A stretch of 58,422 bases of DNA from a virus (IMGVR_UViG_3300021963_000148:1-58422); one strand, 5' to 3'; positions 49,772 to 58,422 are shown, counted from the first letter of the stretch. A program made the numbers and translations. Notes: a model not told the origin generated them from the letters alone.

Positions 49772-51358
49772 ATGGCAAAATCATTAGATGGCGTATTAAT
49801 CAAAAAGGCACACAAGCCCGAACGATATACCCTTGAAGAAGTAAAACACCTAGAAGCATGTATGGATCCAGTAACTGGTCCGTTATATTTCATGCGACAT
49901 TTTTTAAAAATACAGCACCCTGTTAGAGGTGCTATTGACTTTGAACCTTACGACTATCAGGTAAGATTGATCGAAGCATACCATTCACACAAAGATGTAA
50001 TTGCTATGTTACCTCGTCAGATGGGTAAAACAACCTGTGCCTGCGGATACTTACTTTGGTTTACACAATTTGTTCCTGAAGCACAGGTGTTGATTGCTGC
50101 TCACAAGTACGAAGGTGCGCAAGACATTATGAATCGTTATCGTTATGGCTATGAGAACTTGCCAGATTTTATTCGTGCTGGTGTTATCAGTTACAACAGA
50201 AACACTATCGAATTTGACAACGGTGCTCGAATACAAGCAACCACAACAACAGAAAATACCGGTCGTGGTAAATCTCTTTCATTGATTTACTGTGATGAGT
50301 TTGCGTTTGTGCAACCACCAGAAAAAGCCAAAGAGTTCTGGACTGCGTTAAGTCCAACACTGTCAACAGGTGGTCGTGCTATTATAACATCAACACCTAA
50401 CTCAGACGAAGATCAGTTTGCTATGATCTGGACTGAAGCTAATAAAAAGTTTGATGAGTATGGCAACGAACAAGAATTAGGTGTAAACGGATTCTTTCCT
50501 TACTTTGCTCATTGGAATGAACATCCAGATCGTGATGACGCATGGGCAGCAGTTGAACGCAGTAAGATCGGCGAAGAACGTTTCCGTCGTGAGTTTGACT
50601 GCGAATTCTTGATCTTTGATGAAACGCTGATCAATGCTGTAAAACTAGCTGAACTAGAAGGCAAAGACCCTATTATGTCTATGGGTCAAACACGTTGGTA
50701 CAAAGACATTGATCCTAGATGTACATATCTGGTAGCACTTGATCCTAGTCTAGGCACAGGCGGCGACTACGGAGCAATTCAAGTTTTTGAAATGCCGTCA
50801 ATGACTCAGGTTGCAGAATGGCATCATAATTTAACACCTATACAGTCGCAGGTTAAACATCTTAGAGAAATTTGTAAGTATATACAATCTCGAGGTGAAG
50901 AACTAGGCGGAAATCCGCAGATTTATTATTCTGTGGAGAATAACACCCTAGGTGAAGCAGCACTAATCGTTATCAGTGACATTGGTGAAGAAAACTTTCC
51001 AGGTTTATTCTTAAGCGAACCTATACGAAAAGGACACATACGTAAATTCCGTAAAGGGTTTAATACCACACACAGAACTAAAATAACATCATGTAGCATA
51101 TTGAAAAATATGTTAGAAAATTACAGAATGAAGATCAGTTCAAAACCTTTGATTTCTGAACTTAAAACATTCATAGCACATGGGGTTGGATTTGGAGCAA
51201 AAACAGGAGAGCACGACGACTTGGTCAGCTCAACTCTGTTAATTGTACGCATGGCTGGCGTCCTAAGTGATTGGGATCCGCAAATCTACGAAAAAATGAC
51301 CGAAAAATTAAGCGAAGATCAGATGCCTATGCCGATCTTTGTCAGTTCAGGATTTTGA
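49772..51358 (+). CDS. Terminase large subunit, T4 gp17-like
   Basis: PRQMGKTT (Walker A), LIYCDEFAFV (Walker B), ITSTPN, ALDPSLGTGGDY, VENN, HDDLV. Confidence 0.95.
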   Translation: MAKSLDGVLIKKAHKPERYTLEEVKHLEACMDPVTGPLYFMRHFLKIQHPVRGAIDFEPYDYQVRLIEAYHSHKDVIAMLPRQMGKTTCACGYLLWFTQFVPEAQVLIAAHKYEGAQDIMNRYRYGYENLPDFIRAGVISYNRNTIEFDNGARIQATTTTENTGRGKSLSLIYCDEFAFVQPPEKAKEFWTALSPTLSTGGRAIITSTPNSDEDQFAMIWTEANKKFDEYGNEQELGVNGFFPYFAHWNEHPDRDDAWAAVERSKIGEERFRREFDCEFLIFDETLINAVKLAELEGKDPIMSMGQTRWYKDIDPRCTYLVALDPSLGTGGDYGAIQVFEMPSMTQVAEWHHNLTPIQSQVKHLREICKYIQSRGEELGGNPQIYYSVENNTLGEAALIVISDIGEENFPGLFLSEPIRKGHIRKFRKGFNTTHRTKITSCSILKNMLENYRMKISSKPLISELKTFIAHGVGFGAKTGEHDDLVSSTLLIVRMAGVLSDWDPQIYEKMTEKLSEDQMPMPIFVSSGF

Positions 51359-51369
51359 TAAATATTAAC

Positions 51370-53268
51370 ATGGAAGATAATCTTAAAAGCGTAAGCACAG
51401 ACTTATTTTATAAAATAAGAAGCCGTTTCTCTGGCCTAAAACTAGGTTCAGAAACTGGCGAAGTAACCATAAACCCAGAAGAAGCTGTGTTTTTTGATTT
51501 TGATTACATGGAGGGCGAAAACCCTATTGGCCATGTAAGCATCAGCCTTGCTGAGCCTTCTAACATGAAGGTCTATTACAGCACTGGTATTGCCGAAGGC
51601 ATGGACAGTGTTCAAAAAACTAACTGGTATGATTTCCTAAGAGGATTAAGAGAGTTCGCTAAAAGACGTTTAATGAGTTTTGATACTCGCGATATATCTA
51701 AAGACAATCTTGATAAAAGAGATTACGCTTTCCTCACTCAATACGCAAACAATTCGCCCATTGGAGAAGCAATTATGAAAGAAGGCATGTATGGTAGCAC
51801 AAAAACCAGCTATCAAAAATTAGAAAACACAACGCTGATAATCAAGCACAACCAAACAGTTGACGAAAACAGCCCGGGAGCAAGAACAAGAAACATCAGC
51901 GCAATGTTCATTGAAAATGGCCAAGGCGAACGTTTCAAATATCCATTTATTCATCTAGCCGGTGCTCGTGCTATGCAAAGACACGTACAGGAAGGTGGAT
52001 TACCCTACGACGATATTGGTCGACATATCATTAACATGAGTGAACAAATTGCTCAGTTAAAGAATTTTGGAAACTATGTTGTTCGTAACGATTTAATGAA
52101 TTCCGATACAAATAATATTGTTGAAAAAAGCGGACAGGCACTTAACTCTCTTAGAGAAGAAATTAAAAAACTTGCTAGACAAAATTATTATCATCAATTT
52201 AAAGAAACTTTTCAAAGTCAAACACAAGCCGAAGTACCACAAGATGTAATAGAAGATCTTACAAACAAATTTACGGTTAAAAACTTCAAAGAAGATATCA
52301 AGAGTGTATTCCCATTGATTTATAATCTAATGAGAGAGGAAGACAACGGATTAGGCTATGACGACATAGTCGCAATGACACAAGAAGCTGTAGAAGAACA
52401 AGACCTAAGCACAACATACACATTTGAAAATGATTTTGAAAACTTCGAATCTTGGGTTTTGAATTTAGGCGAAGAATCAGCAATACTCAGCGGTGATGAA
52501 GAAGAAAAAACCGCTGCTATTGAAGAATTACAAAAATTAGTAGACGAACATTTTCCAGCAGGCGTAGATGGCTCAAATGCTATTGGCAGTCTCAAAGGCA
52601 TTATTGACGATCCACAATTACACCAAGAAATAAAACAAGCAGCCAAAGAAGATTCAGACACTTGTGTACGTCCATTAGTATACCAATGGTTACAGGACAA
52701 CGCACCAGAAGTTATTGATGAATTAGATTTTGGTGACATGGACATGCCTCAACCAGAGTATGATGACGAAGGTGGCGAAACTGACGACGGTTATGCACTA
52801 GCATCAGCAGGGTTTGGCTCAGATGAAGACTACGGCGATTATGGCAACGATCAATACGAAGCCAGCGATCCAAATCATCCAGAGTACGACAAACAAGATG
52901 ACTACGATTTATCGCCAGCACAACGTGGCAAAGGCACAGACAAATATCGCTTACCAGATCCTAAAAAACATGACGACCGTCATGCTCGAGATTTCCGTAA
53001 GCGCACAGGTCAAGAAGAATCTTTGAATATTACTGAATTGGCAGCATTTATAGGCTCATTCTATGATAAACAAAACGAAGAATTTCCAAAAGGCCAAACA
53101 GCAATTGTAACCATGTGTGGTAAAAAATATGGTGATAAGGCAGCTATACTAGCACAGGAAATGATTGGTAGATTAGACCAACGTAAACTAGCTGGTAATC
53201 AACAGGTACTTCAAAATTCAGCATCGAACAGTGATTTAGAAAGAATCAAAAAATTATCAGGCATATAA
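51370..53268 (+). CDS. Hypothetical acidic late protein (possible head-associated protein)
   Basis: ATG at 51370 after TAAATA-N5; GERFKYPFIHLAGARAMQRHV core, very acidic C-terminal third, ends LERIKKLSGI. Confidence 0.6.
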   Translation: MEDNLKSVSTDLFYKIRSRFSGLKLGSETGEVTINPEEAVFFDFDYMEGENPIGHVSISLAEPSNMKVYYSTGIAEGMDSVQKTNWYDFLRGLREFAKRRLMSFDTRDISKDNLDKRDYAFLTQYANNSPIGEAIMKEGMYGSTKTSYQKLENTTLIIKHNQTVDENSPGARTRNISAMFIENGQGERFKYPFIHLAGARAMQRHVQEGGLPYDDIGRHIINMSEQIAQLKNFGNYVVRNDLMNSDTNNIVEKSGQALNSLREEIKKLARQNYYHQFKETFQSQTQAEVPQDVIEDLTNKFTVKNFKEDIKSVFPLIYNLMREEDNGLGYDDIVAMTQEAVEEQDLSTTYTFENDFENFESWVLNLGEESAILSGDEEEKTAAIEELQKLVDEHFPAGVDGSNAIGSLKGIIDDPQLHQEIKQAAKEDSDTCVRPLVYQWLQDNAPEVIDELDFGDMDMPQPEYDDEGGETDDGYALASAGFGSDEDYGDYGNDQYEASDPNHPEYDKQDDYDLSPAQRGKGTDKYRLPDPKKHDDRHARDFRKRTGQEESLNITELAAFIGSFYDKQNEEFPKGQTAIVTMCGKKYGDKAAILAQEMIGRLDQRKLAGNQQVLQNSASNSDLERIKKLSGI

Positions 53269-53289
53269 AAATATATAGATAGTCAAATT

Positions 53290-53310
53290 GGGCACTTCGG
53301 TGCCCTTTTT
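53290..53310 (+). terminator. Rho-independent terminator with UUCG tetraloop
   Basis: GGGCAC-TTCG-GTGCCC followed by TTTTT. Confidence 0.9.
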
Positions 53311-53412
53311 CTTGATCAGTTTTACCGAACCACGTTTACTGACCATTGCTCTTTGGCGTTATATATACAGTTGCTGAGTATTTCAGCAACAAAACAAAAT
53401 GGAGATTTTCAT

Positions 53413-53592
53413 ATGAAATCGATCGTAGCATTAACCGCTGCTCTTTTTGCAGCAACGACAGCATTTGCTCAAGCACCTGCTAAGAAGGAAGCAGACAAGG
53501 AAGTAAAAGCAGCCCCTGCTGCTTCTAAACCTGCTGATGCTAAAGCTGCTCCTGCTAAGAAAGAAGAAAAGAAAGACGCAGCTAAAAAGTAA
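53413..53592 (+). CDS. Small secreted Ala/Lys/Pro-rich protein (59 aa)
   Basis: GGAGA RBS at 53401; MKSIVALTAALFAATTAFA is a Sec-type signal ending in AFA, followed by APAKKE repeats. Confidence 0.75.
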   Translation: MKSIVALTAALFAATTAFAQAPAKKEADKEVKAAPAASKPADAKAAPAKKEEKKDAAKK

Positions 53593-53601
53593 TCTGCGAG
53601 T

Positions 53602-53632
53602 AGAGAAGGTCTCTTTTGAGGCCTTTTCTTTT
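53602..53632 (+). terminator. Rho-independent terminator
   Basis: AGAGAAGGTCTC-TTTT-GAGGCCTTTTCT (with G-U pairs) followed by TTT. Confidence 0.7.
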
Positions 53633-53657
53633 GGCAAAAAAATATTTTGATACATAC

Positions 53658-53740
53658 TTGACCTTGCTAAATAAAAAGCGCATACTATAACATATGCGTA
53701 CAAGGCATAACATTTTAGGCATAACACAAGGAGGCATTTA
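53658..53740 (+). promoter_or_regulatory. gp32 leader: promoter elements, hairpin and direct repeats
   Basis: TTGACC at 53658, TAAATA at 53668, CGCATA/TATGCG inverted repeat at 53679-53698, AGGCATAACA twice plus AGGCAT over the AAGGAGG RBS. Confidence 0.55.
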
Positions 53741-53742
53741 AA

Positions 53743-54717
53743 ATGGCAACATTAGCAGAAATTCGTGCGAAACTTCAAGAAGCACAAACAGGCCCAAGCG
53801 GCAAATCAAGCGGCGGCGACAACGCAATTTATCCACACTGGAACATGGAAGAAGGTAAAGAAGCAACTATTCGTTTCTTGCCAGATGGTGATTCATCTAA
53901 CACATTCTTCTGGGCAGAACGTGCGATGATCAAATTGCCATTCGCTGGTATCAAAGGCGACACAGGCAGCAAGCCAGTACAAGTACAAGTCCCATGTATG
54001 GAAATGTGGAATGAAACATGTCCAATTCTTTCAGAAGTGCGTGGCTGGTTCAAAGACAAGTCGTTAGAAGATATGGGCCGTAGATACTGGAAAAAGCGTT
54101 CATACATTTTCCAAGGTTACGTAGTGAAAAGTCCTATCGCCGAAGATACGACACCAGAAAACCCAATTCGTAGATTTATTATTGGTCCTCAAATCTATCA
54201 AATCATCCGTTCAGCATTGATGGATCCAGAACTCAATGAGTTGCCAACAGATTTCTTACACGGTGTTGATTTCCGTATTGCTAAGACATCTAAAGGTGGC
54301 TATGCTGATTATTCTACTTCTAAATGGTCACGTAACGAACGTGCTCTATCAGCTGAAGAAGCAGCAGCGATTGAAACACATGGTTTGTTTAATCTCAAAG
54401 ATTTCTTACCTAAGAAACCAACTGATGTCGAACTTAAAGTTATCAAAGAGATGTTTGAAGCATCTGTTGATGGCGAAGCTTATGACATGGATCGTTGGGG
54501 TCAATACTTCAAACCAGCAGGCATGAGCCAAGCAACTGGTGATCCTTTGAAGGCATCATCACGCCCAGCGGCTGTTGCTGACGAAGTTGATGACGAGCCT
54601 GCTCCAGCAGTAAGCCGTCCTGCTCCAGTAGCAGAGACTCAAACAGCAGCCCCTGCTTCTGAAAATAACAGTCGTGCGCAAGACATCCTTGCCATGATTC
54701 GTAACCGTCAGAAGTAA
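53743..54717 (+). CDS. Single-stranded DNA-binding protein, T4 gp32-like
   Basis: ATIRFLPD, VPCMEMW..TCPI, YWKKRSY, G.DFRI.K..KGGYADYSTSKW, acidic/Ala-rich tail. Confidence 0.9.
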   Translation: MATLAEIRAKLQEAQTGPSGKSSGGDNAIYPHWNMEEGKEATIRFLPDGDSSNTFFWAERAMIKLPFAGIKGDTGSKPVQVQVPCMEMWNETCPILSEVRGWFKDKSLEDMGRRYWKKRSYIFQGYVVKSPIAEDTTPENPIRRFIIGPQIYQIIRSALMDPELNELPTDFLHGVDFRIAKTSKGGYADYSTSKWSRNERALSAEEAAAIETHGLFNLKDFLPKKPTDVELKVIKEMFEASVDGEAYDMDRWGQYFKPAGMSQATGDPLKASSRPAAVADEVDDEPAPAVSRPAPVAETQTAAPASENNSRAQDILAMIRNRQK

Positions 54718-54728
54718 TATGACTAAAC

Positions 54729-54759
54729 ATAGAGTGTGGCGTAATGCCACGCTCTATTT
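54729..54759 (+). terminator. Stem-loop / weak terminator between gp32 and uvsX
   Basis: ATAGAGTGTGGC-GTAAT-GCCACGCTCTAT followed by TT. Confidence 0.65.
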
Positions 54760-54777
54760 CTCAACAGGGCTATAATA

Positions 54778-55857
54778 ATGACAAAAGCATTCGATATTTC
54801 TAAATTTAGAAAATCAATAACTAAATCCATCGAAGGACTTAGTGTTGGTTTTAATGATCCAACAGACTGGATTTCAACAGGCAACTATGCCTTAAACTAT
54901 TTGATCAGCGGCAACTTTAATCGTGGTGTTCCGTTGGGCAAAGTCACAGTATTTGCTGGCGAATCTGGCGCAGGTAAATCATATATCTGCTCAGGCAATC
55001 TTATTCGTCACGCACAAGAACAAGGTATCTATCCAATTTTAATTGACAGCGAAAACGCTCTAGATGAAAAATGGCTACACGCACTAGGTGTAGATACCAG
55101 CGAAGGTAAACTGTTAAAACTTAACATGGCAATGATCGACGATGTTGCTAAAACCATTCATGAATTTATGAATGAGTACAAAGCAATGGCAGACGAAGAC
55201 AAACCTAAGGTTTTATTTGTTATTGATTCACTAGGTATGTTACTGACTCCAACAGACGTTAATCAGTTTGAAGCAGGCGATCTTAAAGGTGACATGGGCC
55301 GTAAACCTAAGGCACTAACCGCATTGGTTCGTAACTGCGTTAACATGTTCGGTAGCCATAATGTTGGTCTAGTAGCAACTAATCACACATATGCTAGCCA
55401 AGATATGTTTGATCCAGATGACAAGATCTCCGGCGGACAAGGCTTTATCTATGCGTCTAGTATTGTTGTTGCTATGCGTAAGCTGAAGTTAAAAACAGAC
55501 GCCGACGGCAATAAGACTACAACTGTAAATGGTATTCGTGCCGCATGTAAGATCATGAAAACACGTTACGCAAAGCCATTTGAAAGTGTACAAGTTGAAA
55601 TTCCTTATGAAACAGGTATGAGTCCATATAGTGGATTAGTCGACTTGTTTGAAGCCAAAGGTATGCTCAAGAAAGAAGGAAACAGTCTTGTATATGTGAC
55701 CAAAGAAGGTGAGATCATCAAGCAGTTCCGCAAGGCTTGGGAGAAAAATGAAAAGGACGGTCTTACCATTATGATGGAAGACATTTCAAAACATGGCGAA
55801 AATTCCGTATCAGAGATAACTACAAATGTTGAACCTGAAACGGAGACCCAAGAATGA
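54778..55857 (+). CDS. uvsX: RecA-like recombinase UvsX
   Basis: STGNYALN, AGESGAGKS (Walker A), IDSENALD, VIDSLGML, TNHTY, SGGQGFIYASS, KTRY. Confidence 0.93.
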   Translation: MTKAFDISKFRKSITKSIEGLSVGFNDPTDWISTGNYALNYLISGNFNRGVPLGKVTVFAGESGAGKSYICSGNLIRHAQEQGIYPILIDSENALDEKWLHALGVDTSEGKLLKLNMAMIDDVAKTIHEFMNEYKAMADEDKPKVLFVIDSLGMLLTPTDVNQFEAGDLKGDMGRKPKALTALVRNCVNMFGSHNVGLVATNHTYASQDMFDPDDKISGGQGFIYASSIVVAMRKLKLKTDADGNKTTTVNGIRAACKIMKTRYAKPFESVQVEIPYETGMSPYSGLVDLFEAKGMLKKEGNSLVYVTKEGEIIKQFRKAWEKNEKDGLTIMMEDISKHGENSVSEITTNVEPETETQE

Positions 55858-56090
55858 AAGATGATTTGATTGCCGATATCTGGAATGTAATGAGCGAGCA
55901 TATTCCAGAAAAATTCAAAAAAGACGTAGCCGCAGACTTTGTTAGTACTCTGTTAGACTACGGTGTAAAAGAATCAGTGCTCGACAATCTTTTAGGAATT
56001 GATCCTTTCCTTGACGAAGCTATAGAATATTCCCTAGACGGAGAAGACTACAGCGACGATGAGGATAGTTATGATGATGAGGATCAATGA
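55854..56090 (+). CDS. Small acidic hypothetical protein
   Basis: 78 aa, ATGA overlaps on both sides, Asp-rich tail. Confidence 0.65.
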   Translation: MKDDLIADIWNVMSEHIPEKFKKDVAADFVSTLLDYGVKESVLDNLLGIDPFLDEAIEYSLDGEDYSDDEDSYDDEDQ

Positions 56091-56542
56091 ACTGGTACGA
56101 TAAGATCTCCAAGGATATTTCACATATTCCAGACGCTGCTGTATATTATGAATCAGAATTACAAGCAGCAAAGGTTGAAGTTAAGATCTATGGGAATGTC
56201 GAAAAAGCAGCAGCAAATATGCCTGGAATAATCGAGCATCGCTTTAATCAGCTACAAGAGATTGAAGCGGTACTCGAGTACCTTAACATTGAACTACGTC
56301 GTTTAAAAAGTCAGCATTTTAGAAAATATCTTGAAAATTATCAACGTGCTTTGTCGTCAAGAGACTGTGAAAAATTTGTAGACGGCGAAGCTGACGTTGT
56401 AGACTTTGAGAAAATTATTAACGAATTTGCTCTGCTACGTAATAAGTGGCTAGGCATTATCAAAGCACTTGATCAAAAGCAATGGCAGTTAACTAACATT
56501 GTTAAACTGCGTGTTGCCGGTATGGAGGACGCAACGCTTTGA
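56087..56542 (+). CDS. uvsY: Recombination mediator UvsY
   Basis: Helical 151 aa protein, KFVDGEADV...L.IIKALDQKQWQL.NIVKL...G; near uvsX. Confidence 0.8.
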   Translation: MNWYDKISKDISHIPDAAVYYESELQAAKVEVKIYGNVEKAAANMPGIIEHRFNQLQEIEAVLEYLNIELRRLKSQHFRKYLENYQRALSSRDCEKFVDGEADVVDFEKIINEFALLRNKWLGIIKALDQKQWQLTNIVKLRVAGMEDATL

Positions 56543-57327
56543 AAATAGGTATTATTGGTTTTGGTTTTGTAGGCGGCGCAGTAGGTTGGGCATATAGAAA
56601 TGCTGATCTTATTATTAGAGATCCTAAACTACAAGACTCAGCAAGTTTAGATAAGTTTGTAGATCGAGATGCTATCTTTATTTGTGTGCCTAGTCCGTCA
56701 ACGGAAGATGGCCACTGCGATACTTCTATCCTTGAACAAGTATTAAAAGAATTGTTGTTTGTAACAATTCAAAATCCCAAGGTTGTATTGATTAGTAAAT
56801 CTACTGCGCCACCGAGCGTCTATAAACGACTTCAACAAGAATATCCAAATCTTATTCATGTACCGGAGTTTTTAACACAGGCAAATGCCAATGCTGATTA
56901 TGCTAATGCAGACTACTGTGTTATTGGCGGAGATTACGATTGGGCAGTTAGAGCTCGAGAAGTCCTTGTCTACGGTCGTAAATTAACCCACAACAAACAT
57001 ATTATTGTCCCAATTGAAACTGCTTCAATGTACAAGTATATGATGAATAGTTATCTTGCTGCTAAAGTAACATTTATGAATGACTTTAAAAAACTTGCTG
57101 ACGCAGAAGGAGTTGATATCAAAGACCTAGCATACTTAGCGGCCTATGATGATCGAATTGGTACAACGCATATGGAAGTGCCAGGACCTGATGGCCAGTA
57201 TGGTTGGGGTGGCGCCTGTTTTCCTAAAGATGTTGCTGCGATAATAATGGAAGGACTAGACCTAGGAGTTGATCTTAAACTACTAGGCCGAGTTGAAGAT
57301 ATTAATAAGAAACATCGAGCTCTTTGA
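56539..57327 (+). CDS. UDP-glucose/GDP-mannose 6-dehydrogenase family protein (short form)
   Basis: IGIIGFGFVG, FICVPSP, KST.PP, PEFL, KY..N.YLA.KV.F.N, D.RIG, GWGGACFPKD. Confidence 0.88.
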   Translation: MKIGIIGFGFVGGAVGWAYRNADLIIRDPKLQDSASLDKFVDRDAIFICVPSPSTEDGHCDTSILEQVLKELLFVTIQNPKVVLISKSTAPPSVYKRLQQEYPNLIHVPEFLTQANANADYANADYCVIGGDYDWAVRAREVLVYGRKLTHNKHIIVPIETASMYKYMMNSYLAAKVTFMNDFKKLADAEGVDIKDLAYLAAYDDRIGTTHMEVPGPDGQYGWGGACFPKDVAAIIMEGLDLGVDLKLLGRVEDINKKHRAL

Positions 57328-58216
57328 GTTTTTCTTCTACGTAATCTTCTATACGTTTAGTAGGTTGCCAACCTAGTACAGTTTTAATTTTTTCGTTGTT
57401 GGCCAATGTGATATAAGCCTCGCCTAATCGCGGGGCTATCATTTTTGTATTCTCTGAAATCATCGCAGCAAGTTCTAGCACAGAATGATTTGTACCTGTG
57501 CCAACATTAAACACTTCACCGTATCGTTCGTGATCTACAGACATTGCTAGTATATTAGCATTTACAATATCGCCGACGTGAGTAAAATCTCTACGTTGTG
57601 TTCCGTCTGGAACTATGGTTAATGATTCGCCTGCTTTGTGTTGTCTTAGAAACAAACCTACCACAGGAGCATATGGACCACGTAAGGGTTCTCTATCGCC
57701 ATAGACATTAAAATATCTAAAAATCACAGTTGGTAATTTAAATAAATCCGTGTACATTTTACATAGTTTTTCGCCGGATACTTTTGATACTGAATAAGGA
57801 TTAAGACAATCGTCTGGCATGTCTTCACTCAAGGGTGGTTCATTTTTTAAACCGTAACCAGATGATGTGGAACTATACATCACTTTTTTGACACCGGCTT
57901 CCCTACTACATTGTAATACTGTTGCTGTGCCTAGTACATTGGTTTTAACAGTTCGCAGTGGGTTTAAAATTGTAGGCTGTATTCTAGATTCAGCAGCACA
58001 ATGGAATACGTAATCAACACCTTCGTATAATTCTCTTGTTAATTCATAGTCAGCAATGTCGTATTTGTAATACCAAGCTCTATTATTATAATAAAATTGA
58101 TCGTGTGTTTCTGCTGTTTCTGTATCAAGAACAACAACTTCGTGTCCTAGGTCTATTAAGCGATCAACAATATGTGAGCCAATAAACCCAGCTCCTCCAG
58201 TTACTAATGATTTCAT
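57302..58216 (-). CDS. NAD-dependent nucleotide-sugar epimerase/dehydratase
   Basis: MKSLVTGGAGFIGSH, VFHCAA, TNVLGT, SSTSS.YG, PYSVSK (YxxxK), RYFNVYG, RDFTHV. Confidence 0.9.
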   Translation of the reverse strand: MKSLVTGGAGFIGSHIVDRLIDLGHEVVVLDTETAETHDQFYYNNRAWYYKYDIADYELTRELYEGVDYVFHCAAESRIQPTILNPLRTVKTNVLGTATVLQCSREAGVKKVMYSSTSSGYGLKNEPPLSEDMPDDCLNPYSVSKVSGEKLCKMYTDLFKLPTVIFRYFNVYGDREPLRGPYAPVVGLFLRQHKAGESLTIVPDGTQRRDFTHVGDIVNANILAMSVDHERYGEVFNVGTGTNHSVLELAAMISENTKMIAPRLGEAYITLANNEKIKTVLGWQPTKRIEDYVEEKLKELDVSY

Positions 58217-58422
58217 TTTAATGTGTCCCAATTTATGCGTCTAACTAATGATTCTTTTTCATCCATTGTTTTTGATCTACCGATTACCTGAGGATGTATT
58301 TCCATTTTTATTATTTCTGAGTTCATCGCAACATCTGAAATTATGTAAGAATTTTTGTATGTTTCTACTAATTTTTTAGCAGCCACAGGTTTAATAATAT
58401 ATCCCGAAGTTCCTGGAATAAA
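58213..58422 (-). CDS. GT25-like glycosyltransferase, C-terminal fragment (runs off the window)
   Basis: Hand translation of the minus strand gives FIPGTSGYIIKPVAAKKLVETY...SDVAM...WDTLK*; GT.GY.I...AAKKL is GT25-like; ATGA overlap with the epimerase. Confidence 0.6.
   Translation of the reverse strand, partial: FIPGTSGYIIKPVAAKKLVETYKNSYIISDVAMNSEIIKMEIHPQVIGRSKTMDEKESLVRRINWDTLK

Noticed and set aside
51271-51369. ORF-track N-terminal extensions (also at 34965, 35857, 37371, 40174, 53353 and 58231)
   Set aside because: They use non-ATG starts that overlap neighbouring genes or promoters; downstream ATGs fit RBS or promoter spacing and family N-termini better.
49772-55857. Inteins or introns in terminase, gp32 or uvsX
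   Set aside because: Lengths are normal for these families and the motifs are uninterrupted.
1-58422. CRISPR array, tRNA or rRNA genes
   Set aside because: Intergenic gaps are short and I saw no regularly spaced repeats or cloverleaf-like sequences; tRNAscan-SE and a CRISPR finder would confirm.
1-58422. Stop-codon reassignment
   Set aside because: Standard-code ORFs tile the window densely and conserved genes are not fragmented.

Overview
This window is part of a large T4-like myovirus genome (AT-rich, standard genetic code). It has four parts. (1) 1-33.9 kb: giant modular tail-fibre/virion proteins, three tandem Cys/Gly-rich paralogues, and a GT9-like glycosyltransferase coupled to a NodU/CmcH carbamoyltransferase. 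(2) 33.9-36.8 kb: a five-gene nucleotide-heptose operon (HldC-like, HldA-like, cupin, HAD phosphatase, HldD). (3) 37-53 kb: the neck/tail/terminase core (gp15, gp14, gp13, gp1, gp18, gp19, gp4, gp16, gp17 homologues) in a rearranged order. (4) 53.7-58.4 kb: gp32, uvsX, uvsY and further sugar-nucleotide genes. The strongest candidate for a new system is a phage-encoded heptosylation/carbamoylation pathway, possibly with a cupin and a HAD enzyme replacing GmhA and GmhB. Other notable signals are a recurring TAAATA-N5-ATG leaderless layout, hairpins wrapped around internal promoters, and phycobiliprotein-like KCxRD repeats in virion proteins. All product calls come from motif recognition by eye; no database search was run.
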